Assembly: GCA_963833985.1 (NCBI GenBank)
Contig: CAWIAD010000002.1
Location: 2,528,001-2,592,000, forward strand
Direction of reading: 5' to 3'
DNA from: an uncultured Planctomycetaceae bacterium
GTDB lineage: Bacteria > Planctomycetota > Planctomycetia > Isosphaerales > Isosphaeraceae
Length of the DNA: 64,000 bases
In this document: positions 1 to 11,605 of the stretch, piece after piece
Layout of the letters: each line of letters begins with the position of its first letter
Numbering within the stretch: position 1 is the stretch's first letter
Translations under genes and position numbers: made by a program
The notes under the pieces: model-generated
What the model saw: the letters and a program-made list of their open reading frames with translations, nothing else
Database searches by the model: none
What the model was told of the DNA's origin: nothing

Positions 1-852
1 TACTGGACCGAGCAACTGCGAGCCGTGCCGGCGCTCAATCTTCCCACGGACCGGCCTCGTCCCTCGGTAGCCAGCGGCCGCGGTGGGGAACGGTCACGCG
101 ACATGCCCGCCGCGCTGGTCGGCTCACTGAAGGTGCTTGGCCGGCAGGAGCGGGTGACCTTGCACATGACGCTGATGGCGGCCTTCCAGGTGCTCTTGCA
201 CCGCTATTGCGGCCAGGACGACTTCGCGGTGGGGATGCCCATCGCGGGCCGCACGCGGGGTGAGATCGAGGGGCTGGTGGGGCTCTTCGTGAACACGCTG
301 GCCATTCGCGCCCAGCTCTCCGGCAACCCTGATTTTCGCACGGTCCTCCGCCGGGTGCGACACGCCTCGCTGGAGGCGTACGCGCACCAGGACCTTCCCT
401 TCGACCAGCTTGTCGCGCAGCTTCATCCGCACCGCGATCCCGCTCTCTCGCCCATTTTTCAGACGCTCTTCGCGTTTCAGAACGTGCCCTTGCCCGTCTT
501 CCAGTCCGGCGTGCTCGCCGCGACCCCGATGGACTTCCACAACGGCACGGCCAAGTTCGATCTGGCTCTCTTCGCCAGCGAGACCGAAAGCGGCTTGCAA
601 CTGAGCATGGAATTCAGCAGCGACCTCTTCGACGCCGAGACCGTGGATCGCATGCTGGAACACTACCAGGTGCTGCTGGAGGGCATCGCCGCGGATCCTG
701 ACGGATCCATCAGCGCTCTTCCCTTGCTCTCGGAAGCCGAGCGCCAGAGCGTGCTCGGGTCAGGGACCGACCCGATGCGGGATCTCGATCAACTCTCGGA
801 TGAGGAGGTCGAGGAACTCCTTCTCCGGATCGAGTCCAACCTTTATGCTTGA
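1..852 (+). CDS. NRPS subunit, 3' part (5'-truncated by the window): C-terminal half of an LCL-type condensation domain plus acidic docking tail
   Basis: Open from base 1 ([14 protein letters not shown]); C-domain motifs GLFVNTL, AYAHQDLPF, AKFDL; ends LDQLSDEEVEELL. Confidence 0.9.
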   Translation, partial: YWTEQLRAVPALNLPTDRPRPSVASGRGGERSRDMPAALVGSLKVLGRQERVTLHMTLMAAFQVLLHRYCGQDDFAVGMPIAGRTRGEIEGLVGLFVNTLAIRAQLSGNPDFRTVLRRVRHASLEAYAHQDLPFDQLVAQLHPHRDPALSPIFQTLFAFQNVPLPVFQSGVLAATPMDFHNGTAKFDLALFASETESGLQLSMEFSSDLFDAETVDRMLEHYQVLLEGIAADPDGSISALPLLSEAERQSVLGSGTDPMRDLDQLSDEEVEELLLRIESNLYA

Positions 853-3800
853 GCGTGAATGTGATGAAACGGCCCGGCATGGCCGCAAGCGTGCCGACGA
901 TCGCCTCCGGCTGGCGCATCTGCTCAGGCAGAGCGCCGCGGCCGATGCGGACGCGGGGAGTTGCTTGCATGACCGCTTCCAGAGGCAGGCGCGGCAATCG
1001 CCGGGCTCGCTTGCGGTCTCGTGTGAGGGCCGGCACCTCACGTATCATGAGCTTGATGACTGGTCGAGCCGGCTGGCCTCTCGCCTGATGAGCGCGGGGG
1101 TGGGGCCGGAGGTTCGCGTGGGGCTCTTTGCCGAGCGATCACTGGAGATGGTCGTCGGGTTGCTGGCCATTCTCAAGGCGGGGGGAGCTTATGTCCCGCT
1201 GGACCCGGCGTATCCCCGCGAGCGTATCGAGTTCCAGCTCAGCGACTCGTGTGCCGGGATCGTGCTGGTGCAGGAGCAGTTGCTGGATCGCCTCGGCAGC
1301 TTTCCGGGTCGCCGGCTCTTGCTGGAGCGGCCGGGCGACAATGGGAGGGCCCCGTCAAGCCCGCTCGCCCGCGGCGTACGCGTCACGCCGCAGAACCTGG
1401 CTTACATCATCTACACGTCCGGCTCGACGGGTACGCCCAAGGGGGTTCCCGTCACTCATGCCAACGTGTGCCGGCTCTTCACGGCGACCGATCGCTGGTT
1501 CCGTTTCACGCGCGACGACGTCTGGACACTGTTTCATTCCATCGCGTTCGACTTCTCGGTCTGGGAGCTGTGGGGCGCCTTGCTGTACGGCGGACGGCTG
1601 GTCGTCGTGCCCTACTGGGTGGCCCGTTCGCCGCAGGCGTTTCACGAGCTGCTGTGCAGCGAGCGGGTGACAGTGCTGAACCAGACGCCGTCGGCCTTCC
1701 GCCAGCTCGCCGCGGTGGATGCGGCCGGCGACCCGGCACTGCTCGGCTTGCGGCTGGTGATCTTCGGCGGCGAGGCCCTGGAGCTCCAGGGCTTGCGCAC
1801 CTGGCTGGACCGCCACGGAGACGCGAACCCGCGGCTTGTGAATATGTATGGCATCACGGAAACCACTGTGCACGTGACCTACCGGCCCATCGCCCGCGCC
1901 GATCTTGATCTGCCCCGTCAAGCCAGCCCGATCGGCCGGCCGATTCCAGACCTTCAGCTTTACGCCCTGGACGCGAACCTGGAGCCGGTCCCTCCCGGAG
2001 CCATCGGCGAGGCCTTCGTGGGCGGCGCGGGGCTGGCGCGAGGTTACCTGGGCCGGCCCGCGCTGACGGCCGAGCGGTTCGTCCCGGATCCGTGGAGCGG
2101 CCGGCCCGGCAGCCGGCTCTACCGCAGTGGAGACCTGGTCCGCGCCAGGCCTGGCGGAGAGCTCGAGTACGTCGGTCGGTCCGACCGCCAGGTGAAGATC
2201 CGGGGCTTCCGGATCGAGCTGGGGGAAATCGAGGCGGCGCTGGCGCGGCAGCCCGGAATTCGCGAGGTTGCCGTCGTGCCGCGTCCAGACAGCCGGGGCA
2301 TCTGCGCCTGGTGGCCTTCCTTGTGCCGCTGACGGCGACCCCGCCGGCTGCCGGCGAGCTGCGCCGCGGACTGAAGCAGCTCTTGCCCGACTACATGATC
2401 CCGTCCGCCTACATGATGCTGGACGCCTTCCCGCTCACGAACCACGGCAAGCTCGATCATGAAGCCCTGGCCGCGCTGGAGATCGCCGAGCCGCCAGCGG
2501 CCGCGGAGAACGTCGCGCCTCGAACCGCGGCCGAGCGCGCGGTCGCCAGCGTCTGGTCCGAAGTCCTGGAGATCGGCCCGCTGGGCGCCCTTGATGACTT
2601 CTTCGAGCGCGGGGGGCATTCGCTGCTCGCCGCCCAGGCAGTGGCCCATTTGCAGAGCCTGCTCGATGTGGACATCCCGCTCCGGCTCCTGTTCGAGTCG
2701 CCCACGGTGGAGGGCCTGGCCCGCCGGATCGATGAGCTCCGGGCCGAGGGAAGCCGGCAGCGCGAAACGCCCATCACCCCGGTTCCTCGTGAGGGGACAC
2801 TTCCGCTCTCCTGCTCGCAGCGCGCGCTCTGGTTCCTGGACCGCCTCACCCCCGGCTCGCCCCTCTACAACGTGCACGCGGCCGTGCGGATCACGGGCGT
2901 GCTCGACCGGCAGGCGCTGGAGCGCGGCTTCCAGGAGATCGTCAGGCGCCATGAAGCAGTCCGCACCTCGTTCCCGGCCCTCGATGGCCTCCCGGTGCAG
3001 AGGGTCTCCGGCGGGTCGGAGATCTGCCTCGAGCGGATTGACCTGGGTTCGGTTCCCGAACACGAACGCGAGGCCGAAGCGCGCAGGCTCGCACTGCTGG
3101 AACGCCAGACGCCGTTCGACCTGGCCGCCGGCCCGCTGGTGCGGGCAAAGCTGATCCGGCTTGGCGATCGCGATCACGCCGTGCTGTTGACCATGCACCA
3201 CATCGTCACCGATGGTTGGTCCATGCGCGTGGCCGCAGGCGAGCTTGCCGCGCTCTACGATGCCTACACCCGAGGCGACCCCTCGCCGCTGCCGGAGCCG
3301 ACCCTTCAATACGCAGACTACGCCGCCTGGCAGAACCAGCGGCTCCAGGGCGCGCGGCTGGAAGAACTGCTGAGCTTCTGGCGAAGCGATCTCGAGGGCC
3401 TCGAACCGCTCCGGCTGCCGACCGATCGGCCCCGGCCGGCGGTCCGGACCCCGCGCGGCGGTCTGCGCTTCTTTACGCTCGACAGGGAGCTTTCCGGTTC
3501 CCTGCGCGCGCTGGCACGCGCCTCTGGCGCCACGCTCTTCATGGCCCTGCTCGCGGCGTTTCAGTCGTTGCTGGCACGCTACAGCGGGCAGCGCGACATC
3601 GCCGTCGGAGTTCCCGTGGCGAACCGGAACCGTCCAGAGCTCGAGCCCATGGTCGGTTACTTCATGAACATGATCGTGCTCCGGACCACCCTTGCAGACA
3701 ACCCCACATTCCGCACCCTGCTGAGCAAGGTTCGCGCGCACGCCATTCGCGCGTTCGAGCACCAGGAATTGCCGTTCGACAGGCTCGTGGAACTGTTGCA

Positions 3801-6800
3801 GCCGCCACGCGACCCGAGCCGCTCACCATTCTTTGATGTCATGTTCGTGCTCCAGAACAACCGCATGCCGGACGTGACGCGCCAGGATCTCACGCTCGCC
3901 TTCCTGACCGATGAGTCCGGGTCCGGCACCGCGAAGTTCGACCTGACCCTGGCCGCTGTCGACGACGACGAGACCATCTCCGGTTCCCTGGAGTTCAATG
4001 CCGACCTGTTCGACGCTGCGACCATCGAGCGCATGCTCGGCCACTTCCAGGCTCTGATCCGAGGAGCAGTCGCCAACCCGGATCAGCCGATCCTGGAGGT
4101 TTCGCTTCTCGATGAGACCGAACAGGTGCTCGTGCTGTCCCGCTGGAACGAGACGGCCCGGGCACTCCCGGTCGATGGCTTCGCGCACCGGCTCTTCGAG
4201 GTGCAGGCCCGGTGCAGCCCAGATGCCGTGGCGCTCCGTCATGAAGAAGTTTCCTTGACGTATGAATCATTGAACGTGCGAGCGAACCAGATCGCGCATT
4301 ACCTCAGGTCAATCGGGGTGGGACCGGAAGTTCGCGTGGGCCTGCAACTGGAACGCTCGCCGGAAATGGCCGCGGGATTGCTGGGCATTCTCAAGGCGGG
4401 CGGGGCTTATGTCCCACTGGACCCCGCGGAGCCCGCGGCGCGGCGGGGCGTCATGCTCCATGAGGCAGGTGTGCGCCATGTCGTCACGACCCGCTCACTT
4501 GCAAGGGCGCTGGAGCGCCCGGCCGGGTGGTCTGCCTGGACGCCGACGGACCCGCGATCGCGCCAGCCGGTGCATGATCTGCAACTGCCGGGCACGCCCG
4601 AGCACGCGGCTTACATCCTCTTCACATCTGGTTCCACGGGGACGCCCCGCGGGGTTGTGGTCTCCCACCGGTCGGTGGTGAACCACAGCCTGGCGGCGGT
4701 CCGACTGTTTGCGCTGGAGCCCGGCGACCGGGTCCTCCAGTTCGCGCCGCTCCAGTTTGATATCTCCGTGGAAGAGATCTTCCCCACCTGGACCGCGGGG
4801 GCGTGCCTGGTCCTGCGGGACGGAGACGAACTGCTTGACCCGCACCGCTTCGCCCGCTGGACCGAACGCCAGGGGATCACGGTCCTTGACCTGCCCACCG
4901 CGTTCTGGCACGCCTGCGTCCAGCGCTGGTCGCAGACCGGGGAGGTGTCGCTGGGTGCCGTCCGGCTGATGGTGGTCGGCGGCGAGGAGGCACTGCCCGA
5001 GGCGTATCAGCAGTGGCGCAAGCTCACCGGGGGACGTGTGCGCTGGCTCAATACCTACGGCCCCACCGAGGCGACCGTCGCGGCGACGGCCTTCGAGCCC
5101 CCGGAATGCGGCGACGGCTCCTGCCTTGCCGTCTTGCCGATAGGCAGGCCGCTGGCCAACTGCCGCGCCTATGTCCTGGATGATCGGCTTCACGCGGTGC
5201 CGATCGGGTTGCCCGGCGAGCTTTATCTGGGCGGCGCAGGCGTGGGCCGGTGCTACGTCAACCAGCCCGCGGCCACCGCCAGCCGGTTCATTCCCGACCC
5301 GTTCAGCGGCGCGCCGGCGCACGGCTCTATCGCACGGGCGATCGCGTGCGCTGGCGGGCCGACGGCCAGCTTGTGTTCCTGGGGCGCCTCGATGCACAGG
5401 CCAAGGTGCGCGGCTTCCGGATCGAGCTCGGTGAGGTGGAAGCGGCCCTGCGGGAACATCCTCAGGTCAGTTCGGCCGCGGTCGTTGCCGCGGGCGATAC
5501 TTACCATGGAGGCCGCCTGGATGCGTTTCTGGTCCCCCGAGGCTCGGGCCCCATCGAGGACGAGGCGATTCAGCAGTTCCTGAGAGGCCGTTTGCCAGCC
5601 TACATGATTCCCTCCCGGCTGACGCAGCTTGCGGCCCTCCCCTTGACCCGATCCGGCAAGCTCGACCGCGCCGCGCTGGCCGCCCTGCGCAGGACGGCCC
5701 ATCAACTGAGCCCCCCGATCCGCCCCGGGACGACTTCGAGGCGCGCGTGGCGGCGATCTGGGAAGAGCTGCTCGACGTCCGGCCGGTGAGTATCCGGCGG
5801 AGCTTCTTCGATCTCGGCGGTCATTCGTTGCTTGCCATCCGCATGCTCGCGGGCCTGGAGAAGGAGTTCGGCCGGGCGCCCTCCATCGCCAGTCTGCTGG
5901 CAGGAGCTTCCATCTCCGAGATCGCCCGGGAGCTGAGGCAGCCGGGATCCGTAGTCTCGCAACGCCCACTCGTGCCCATGCGTTCCGAGGGCCGTGGGCG
6001 CCCGCTCTTCTGCGTCCATCCGGCTGGAGGAATCGCGTACTGCTTCCTGGAGCTGGCTCGAGCCGCCGGCACATTGCGTCCGCTTTATGTATTTCAGGCC
6101 CCGGGCCTTGAGCCGGGAGAGGAACCGGTTCGCTCGATTGTGGAGCAGGCCGCAATCTACGTCGAGGCGCTGCGGTGCGTGCAGCAGCAGGGGCCTTACC
6201 ACCTGGGCGGTTACTCGCTGGGAGCGACCGTGGCCCTGGAGATGGCCCAGCAGCTTGTCGCCACGGGAGCCGAGGTCTCCACGCTGGTCGTCTTCGACGC
6301 ACTGGCGCCAGTTGCCCCGGCCCATCCGCGCCCTGAGCATCTTCAGCTTGCCAGGCAGGCGGTGAAGCTGCCCCTCTTCGGTTCGAGCATCGGCCTGCGT
6401 GGCGACGACGATCCGTCCCTCGAGGAGCTGGCGTTCATTCTCCGGTCGCTCCAGCCCTCGGCTTCCGGTCTCCGCCGTCTGATCGATCGGCTGGCACGGC
6501 TCTCGCCGGAGCAGCAGGTGGCGACGGCCCTTGAGTTTTTTGGCCTCAGGGACGTGTATCACCGCGAGCGTGACCCCGGACCGATGCACCGGCTCTGGAG
6601 CGTGCTTTGCACGAACCTCGCGCGGCTGCCCGTTATGTCCCCGCTCCCTTCGGCGGGCGTGTCGTGCTCTTCCGCGCGGGGGCCTCGGTCGGACACGAGC
6701 CGACTATGGGCTGGAGCGGACTTGGAGCGTCGCTGACCGTGCACGTGATGCCCGGCGATCATGCGTCGATCCTGCGGCCTCCCGCGGTCGATCGGCTCGC

Positions 6801-6897
6801 CTCGATCCTGGAATCCGAGCTCGGCGAAACGCCCTCCGACGAGGACGATGCGGCCAACCGCACGGCGCAAGCCGGCCACGAATCGGCCCGGTCATGA
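845..6897 (+). CDS. NRPS A-T-C-A-T-TE, split by about 4 apparent frameshifts (~2295, ~5320, ~5720, ~6620)
   Basis: A1 [28 protein letters not shown] (~2615); C HHIVTDG (~3200); A2 [28 protein letters not shown] (~5820); TE GYSLG (~6210) and PGDH. Stitched from ORFs 800-2332, 2092-5583, 5250-5789, 5747-6736, 6607-6897. Confidence 0.88.
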
Positions 6898-7979
6898 TCT
6901 ACCTGCTGCGGCTGCTTCTGGCCCGGACGCTGGTTCACCAGTTCGAGGGGGTGACGCTTGATTCCTGGGTTCGCCTGCTGCGCCGGGAGAAGTTCCGCAT
7001 CGCGCCGGTCTTCTGGCCGCGGGCTCTCTGGATCACGGCACTGAGCCTGGCCAACTCGGCCGCGGCACGCGCCGCATCAAGGCGGTTCGCAGACCAGCTT
7101 GAACAGGTGCGCGTGCAGGCGCCGGTGTTCATCCTGGGGCACTACCGGAGCGGCACCACGTTTCTCCACGAGTTGCTGCGGAGCGACCCGCGGTACGCCT
7201 CGCCCACCAGGTTCCAGACGTTCAACCCCGGAACGTTCCTGCTCACCGAGCGCTGGCTGGCCCCCGTCGTTGAACCGTTCATGCTGCCTCGCCGCGTCCA
7301 GGAAGACGAGGTCGCCTACATGGTCCTCACGCAGTGCTCGCCTTACATGGACTGGTGCTTTCCGCGCAGCCGCGCCGGCGGGTATGGCCGATACCTGACC
7401 TTTCGCGATGCCGCGCCGGCAGAGGTGGCCGCGTGGTCCGAGGCGGTGGTCCGGTTCCTCAAGGCCGTGACCCTGAGGACGTCCCGCCCGCTGATCCTCA
7501 AATCGCCGCCCCACACCGCGCGCGTGCGGCTGCTGCTGGAGCTCTTTCCCGATGCGCGCTTCATTCACATCAGGCGCGATCCGTACGCGGTGTTCGTCTC
7601 CACCCTGGGGCTGCTCCGCGCCCTCTACCCGGTTTTCGGCCTCCAGAAGAGGCCCCGGGCCCTCGACACGGACGCCGTCCTGCACACTTATACCGAGATG
7701 TACAACGCCTACTTCACCGACCGCATGCTGATCCCCCACGGCCAGCATGTGGAAATTGCGTACGAGGATCTCGAGAGCGATCCCATCTCCGAGCTCGAGC
7801 GCATCTACGAAACGCTGTCGCTGGGTGATTTCGAGCCGGTGCGCGGCCCGGTCCAGGCCTACCTCGCGTCCGTGTCCGGCTATCGCAAGAACAGCCATCC
7901 CCGGCTCGACGACGCAACCCGCGAGAGGGTCGCCACCGCCTGGCGTCGCAATTTCGAGGCCTGGAACTATCCGCGCTGA
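6894..7979 (+). CDS. PAPS-dependent sulfotransferase
   Basis: 5'-PSB loop FILGHYRSGTTFLH, LKSPPHTAR, FIHIRRDPY, YEDL; ATGA overlap with the NRPS stop. Confidence 0.88.
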   Translation: MIYLLRLLLARTLVHQFEGVTLDSWVRLLRREKFRIAPVFWPRALWITALSLANSAAARAASRRFADQLEQVRVQAPVFILGHYRSGTTFLHELLRSDPRYASPTRFQTFNPGTFLLTERWLAPVVEPFMLPRRVQEDEVAYMVLTQCSPYMDWCFPRSRAGGYGRYLTFRDAAPAEVAAWSEAVVRFLKAVTLRTSRPLILKSPPHTARVRLLLELFPDARFIHIRRDPYAVFVSTLGLLRALYPVFGLQKRPRALDTDAVLHTYTEMYNAYFTDRMLIPHGQHVEIAYEDLESDPISELERIYETLSLGDFEPVRGPVQAYLASVSGYRKNSHPRLDDATRERVATAWRRNFEAWNYPR

Positions 7980-8028
7980 GAACGGCTCATCGGACCGCTG
8001 CTGAGAACGGCTCGGCGGATCGCTGCGC

Positions 8029-9453
8029 TCAATGGCGGGACGTGGTCGCAGAGAACTTCGTCCACGGCTGGCTCTTCATGTCTCGGAGCAGGTCGCGCAT
8101 CCAGCCGTACTCGGGATGCCTGGTGACGAACGGACCGGCCAGGAAGTCCGAGCCGTGGTGACCGGCCTGGGCCCAGAATTCCAGGCGCACGGCCAGGGTC
8201 GAATCCGTGACCTTGGACTGCACCGTGCCGCCGGGGTAAAACGGCGCCCAGCCCCATTCGGGCACGCCGCGCGGCGAGATCTCGACCCGGCCGCAGAGCG
8301 TGCGCTCGTTCGCTTCACGCTTGTGGGTGATGGCGTCCAGGTCGTCGTTCTCCAGCGCCTTGCCAAGCTCGACGTCGATGGCCCCCCTGTGCTGTCCCAT
8401 CAGCTCATCCCAGCGCTGCCGGCGCGCGTTGGGTGAGGAGTCTTTCTTCTTCGGGTCGAACTTCGTCTCCTCGCGGATGAGAGCGGGATCGACGGGAAAG
8501 TTCGCGCCGACGAAGCAGCCGTCCCTGGTGCGGGCGACGGAATGGTACTTCAGGCCAAGCTCGAAGCGAGCGATCTCGCCGCTCTTGCGGTCCCCGATCA
8601 GCCAGTCGTTGGCGTAGCCGCCATTGTTGCCGTCGAGCATGATCCGCACCACGTCGTCGATCGACCGGCTGTACTGGATGGCCTTGCGGGCGCGGGCGAA
8701 TTCCGGCTTGCCCGCCGGGTTCCAGCCCTCGAACTGAGTGATCGTGGTCTCGGTGATCATGATCCCGGCCGCGTTCACGCCGAAGTCGTCGTCGCTCACG
8801 ATCACGCCCGGCAGCCCGTCCATGAGCATCCGCGACCCTTCCTTCGGCACGATGTCGAAGACGATGTTCCAGCGCGTGCCCACCACGTAATTGGTCCAGG
8901 CGTTGTGGCCCATGACGATGCGGCCGTCCTTCGTGTACGAACCGGTCGCGATGAAGGCGCTGCAATTCCCCGGCGCATGGCTCGTCGGTGTCTTGCCCTG
9001 CTTCCTGTCGAGCCAGGGAACATAGTAGTACGGCAGCTCCTCGATGGCGTTCAGCGCGACGATATCCCAGCGGTCGGCCGCCTTGCCGCGCATTTTCAAA
9101 CCGGCCACGATGCCATCGATCTCGCGCTGATACTCCGGATCGATACCGGGCCAGAGCATCTCCTCGGAGGCCCGGCGATAGAAGTTCCAGTCGTGTTTGG
9201 TGGACTTTTCGAGGTAGGGCCTGGTCACCCGCAGCAGTTCGGCGATCTCGTCGGCCAGCAGGTATCCGTGCTGGTAGCCGATCTGTTCCGGTCCCCCTTC
9301 GAGGTGAACGAACACCCAGCCGTTCTTCTCCACGCGCAGGCTGCCGGCCATCCGGTTCACCTCGACCGGGTGTTTCTCCTCCGCGACAGAGCAGGGCTGT
9401 GGGATCATGAGGACCATGACCATGATGGATGCGAACGAAGCTCTGTGAATCAT
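8029..9453 (-). CDS. C45 / phospholipase-B-like Ntn hydrolase, probably exported
   Basis: GN|CSAFIATG autoprocessing site with Cys nucleophile, VMGHNAW, GYQHGYLL, NNGGYANDW; hydrophobic N-terminus. Confidence 0.8.
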   Translation of the reverse strand: MIHRASFASIMVMVLMIPQPCSVAEEKHPVEVNRMAGSLRVEKNGWVFVHLEGGPEQIGYQHGYLLADEIAELLRVTRPYLEKSTKHDWNFYRRASEEMLWPGIDPEYQREIDGIVAGLKMRGKAADRWDIVALNAIEELPYYYVPWLDRKQGKTPTSHAPGNCSAFIATGSYTKDGRIVMGHNAWTNYVVGTRWNIVFDIVPKEGSRMLMDGLPGVIVSDDDFGVNAAGIMITETTITQFEGWNPAGKPEFARARKAIQYSRSIDDVVRIMLDGNNGGYANDWLIGDRKSGEIARFELGLKYHSVARTRDGCFVGANFPVDPALIREETKFDPKKKDSSPNARRQRWDELMGQHRGAIDVELGKALENDDLDAITHKREANERTLCGRVEISPRGVPEWGWAPFYPGGTVQSKVTDSTLAVRLEFWAQAGHHGSDFLAGPFVTRHPEYGWMRDLLRDMKSQPWTKFSATTSRH

Positions 9454-9608
9454 CGGGTTCAGTATCCTGTGCGAGGTCCGGCATGATCCCTCACTCACGC
9501 CCACGCTGGGCATGACGTGCCGCGGCGACTTTAGATTTTGCCCTCACCCCGTTCGCGACGGCAAGGGGCCCTCCGTCAGACCGCTTTCCGTGGGAAGAAA
9601 AGAGGAGC

Positions 9609-9697
9609 GAAACCGGGACATCGTGGACGCTGGGTGTCGCGGCAACGCTGGTTCCATGCCACGAACTGCGCGATCGATCGGGGCGGAGTGGATCGGG
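9609..9697 (+). repeat. Dispersed repeat family A, copy 1 (partial)
   Basis: Core TTCCATGCCACGAACTGCG at 9652-9670 is identical to 12215-12233 and 16693-16711; flanks similar. Confidence 0.75.
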
Positions 9698-9950
9698 CGA
9701 ACGGACGGTTGCGAGACCTATTGGTCGAGTTAAATTGCTTTGAATGACACTAGATAAATGCCATAGTTGTAAATATGCGATTTAACGAGACGAGATCGCG
9801 AAGAACTGACCCGTTGCCACTCGAGATGAGCAACCGACATGGTCGAAAGCTTGCTTTGGGCTGCACCTGGGGATCGAATGGAGTGACCCCATAGACCTTC
9901 GAAAAGAAGGCCACTTTGAGGGAGAGATGACCGAGTGGGGAGGCGCCGGG

Positions 9951-10253
9951 ATGACTGAAAACGATCAAAAGGAAGCGATCAGCAGGGCTTACGTGAAAGC
10001 CGTCGCGGCGGCAGCCGGTTTTGCGAGTTACCAGCCGTGCGTCGATGATGACAGCATCGATCTGGGCATAGCCGCCAGCGGGACGAGCGGGTTTCCTGAA
10101 GGCCCGCGACTAAAGATGCAACTCAAATGTACCGCATCTGGTCGCCCGGAGGAGCCCACGCTCTCGTTCCGCGTAAAGCGAATGAATTACGACGACCTTC
10201 GACCAAGCGATGTTGCCATTCCGAGAAGTAAACGCTCGGCCGAACCATCCTGA
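9951..10253 (+). pseudogene. DUF4365-like (PD-(D/E)xK) protein, C-terminally truncated
   Basis: QKEAISRAYVKAVAA..DDDSID..QLKCT..NYDDLR pattern; stops after 100 aa. Confidence 0.6.
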
Positions 10254-10387
10254 GCGCGGATGGTAGCCTGCTGTATCCGTTCGGCCAAAATCCGTCGCGC
10301 CGTGCTCGATAAAACCCCAAGTGTTTGAATCGCTACGCGAGACCCCCTCCGGCAATCTCGGCCTTTGGCCCGAAAACCGATTCGACC

Positions 10388-10416
10388 TTGCAATGCCTCG
10401 AAGCTTGATGTATCGT
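10388..10416 (+). promoter_or_regulatory. Sigma70-type promoter for padR with overlapping imperfect palindrome
   Basis: TTGCAA-17-TATCGT ending 7 nt before ATG 10424; ATGCCTCGAAGCTTGATGTAT (10393-10413) matches its reverse complement at 14/21. Confidence 0.55.
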
Positions 10417-10423
10417 GCCGCTC

Positions 10424-10786
10424 ATGAGCACTCGACGCACGAATCCGCCCTTCTTGAATGGCGTGCCGGAGCTCTTGGTGCTGCAATTGTTGGCTCGCAA
10501 GCCGATGTACGGCTACGAGCTGGTGCAGGCGATCAAGACGACGACCGACCACGCGTTCGAGTTCGGTGAAGGTTGCATCTACCCCATACTCCATCGCCTG
10601 GAAGCCGATCGGATATTGTCGGCCCGACGAGAGACAGTGGCTGGCCGCTGCCGCGTCGTGTATCAGGTGACGGACAAGGGACGTAAACAGTTAGTGACGT
10701 CGGTCGCTTGCTGGGAGCAGGTTGTGAAGGCGGTAGACTGCGTCCTGCGAGGAGGAGCAGACGATGGTCAACCCGCCTTGGCTTGA
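10424..10786 (+). CDS. PadR-family transcriptional regulator
   Basis: ELLVLQLL..PMYGYELVQAI..EGCIYPILHRLE..YQVTDKG. Confidence 0.9.
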   Translation: MSTRRTNPPFLNGVPELLVLQLLARKPMYGYELVQAIKTTTDHAFEFGEGCIYPILHRLEADRILSARRETVAGRCRVVYQVTDKGRKQLVTSVACWEQVVKAVDCVLRGGADDGQPALA

Positions 10787-11459
10787 CGAATTACTGGATC
10801 AACTGAAACGGGAGGGACTCCCGCCGCCGTACGTGGAGCGGCTCCGGCGGGAACTCAGTGACCATCTCCACGACATTCAGGAGGAGAAGCAAGGCATGGA
10901 CGCCGGAATGGTCCGCACCCCCAACGTCCGGATGGGCGAACCGGATGATCTCGCTCAGTTTATCGGCAGCGAATTCCGCAAGCAGTCGTTCAGCCAGAAG
11001 CATCCCATCGTGACCTTCGTGGGGATGCCGGTCCTGCTGCTGCTGGGAATCTGGGCCGGGCTCGAGACCGGCCTGTTGCTTCTCGACTGCGTGCTCGTCG
11101 GCCTGCTGGGAGAGCCGACAGTATGGGAATGGGAAACGGTGGCAACCGGTCTCAGCCTGACGGATCGGCTCATCATCTACGGTGAGATCTGGATCCCGGT
11201 GGCCCTGACGACCGTGATCTTCTGCCGCGCGGCCCGGCGCAGGCGAGTGAGCTGGCGCTGGCCGCTGCTGACGGCGGCGACGCTCGGGGTGTTCCCAGGC
11301 ATGACGATGAGACTGGCGTCCAGCGGTGATCCCGCCGGGTGGGTGCTCCTCATTGGTGTCCCATCGGCGATCACCGCGACGTTGATCCTCCAAGCGCTGC
11401 TCCCGCTGACAATCGCCGGCTGGTACAGTTGGCGCATGTCTCGGCTGGAGCGCGCGTAG
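10764..11459 (+). CDS. PadR-associated membrane protein
   Basis: Overlaps padR; N-terminal RELSDHL..RMGEPDDLA segment, then about 4 hydrophobic helices. Confidence 0.7.
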   Translation: MVNPPWLDELLDQLKREGLPPPYVERLRRELSDHLHDIQEEKQGMDAGMVRTPNVRMGEPDDLAQFIGSEFRKQSFSQKHPIVTFVGMPVLLLLGIWAGLETGLLLLDCVLVGLLGEPTVWEWETVATGLSLTDRLIIYGEIWIPVALTTVIFCRAARRRRVSWRWPLLTAATLGVFPGMTMRLASSGDPAGWVLLIGVPSAITATLILQALLPLTIAGWYSWRMSRLERA

Positions 11460-11605
11460 ACTGGGCGATTGACCTGCGCGACTCGTAAGCCGCGATGATT
11501 GAAAGCGGCCCGCCTCCGTGCTGGCCGGGCCGCTGAGCGTTTGGAGTCAGGCTGATTCTCTGCCACGAACTTCGAGATGGAAGACACGATCCAGGGAGGG
11601 ATGCC

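Noticed and set aside
7975..8025. Short duplication GCTGAGAACGGCTC x2
   Set aside because: Real but tiny; local duplication between convergent genes with no evident function
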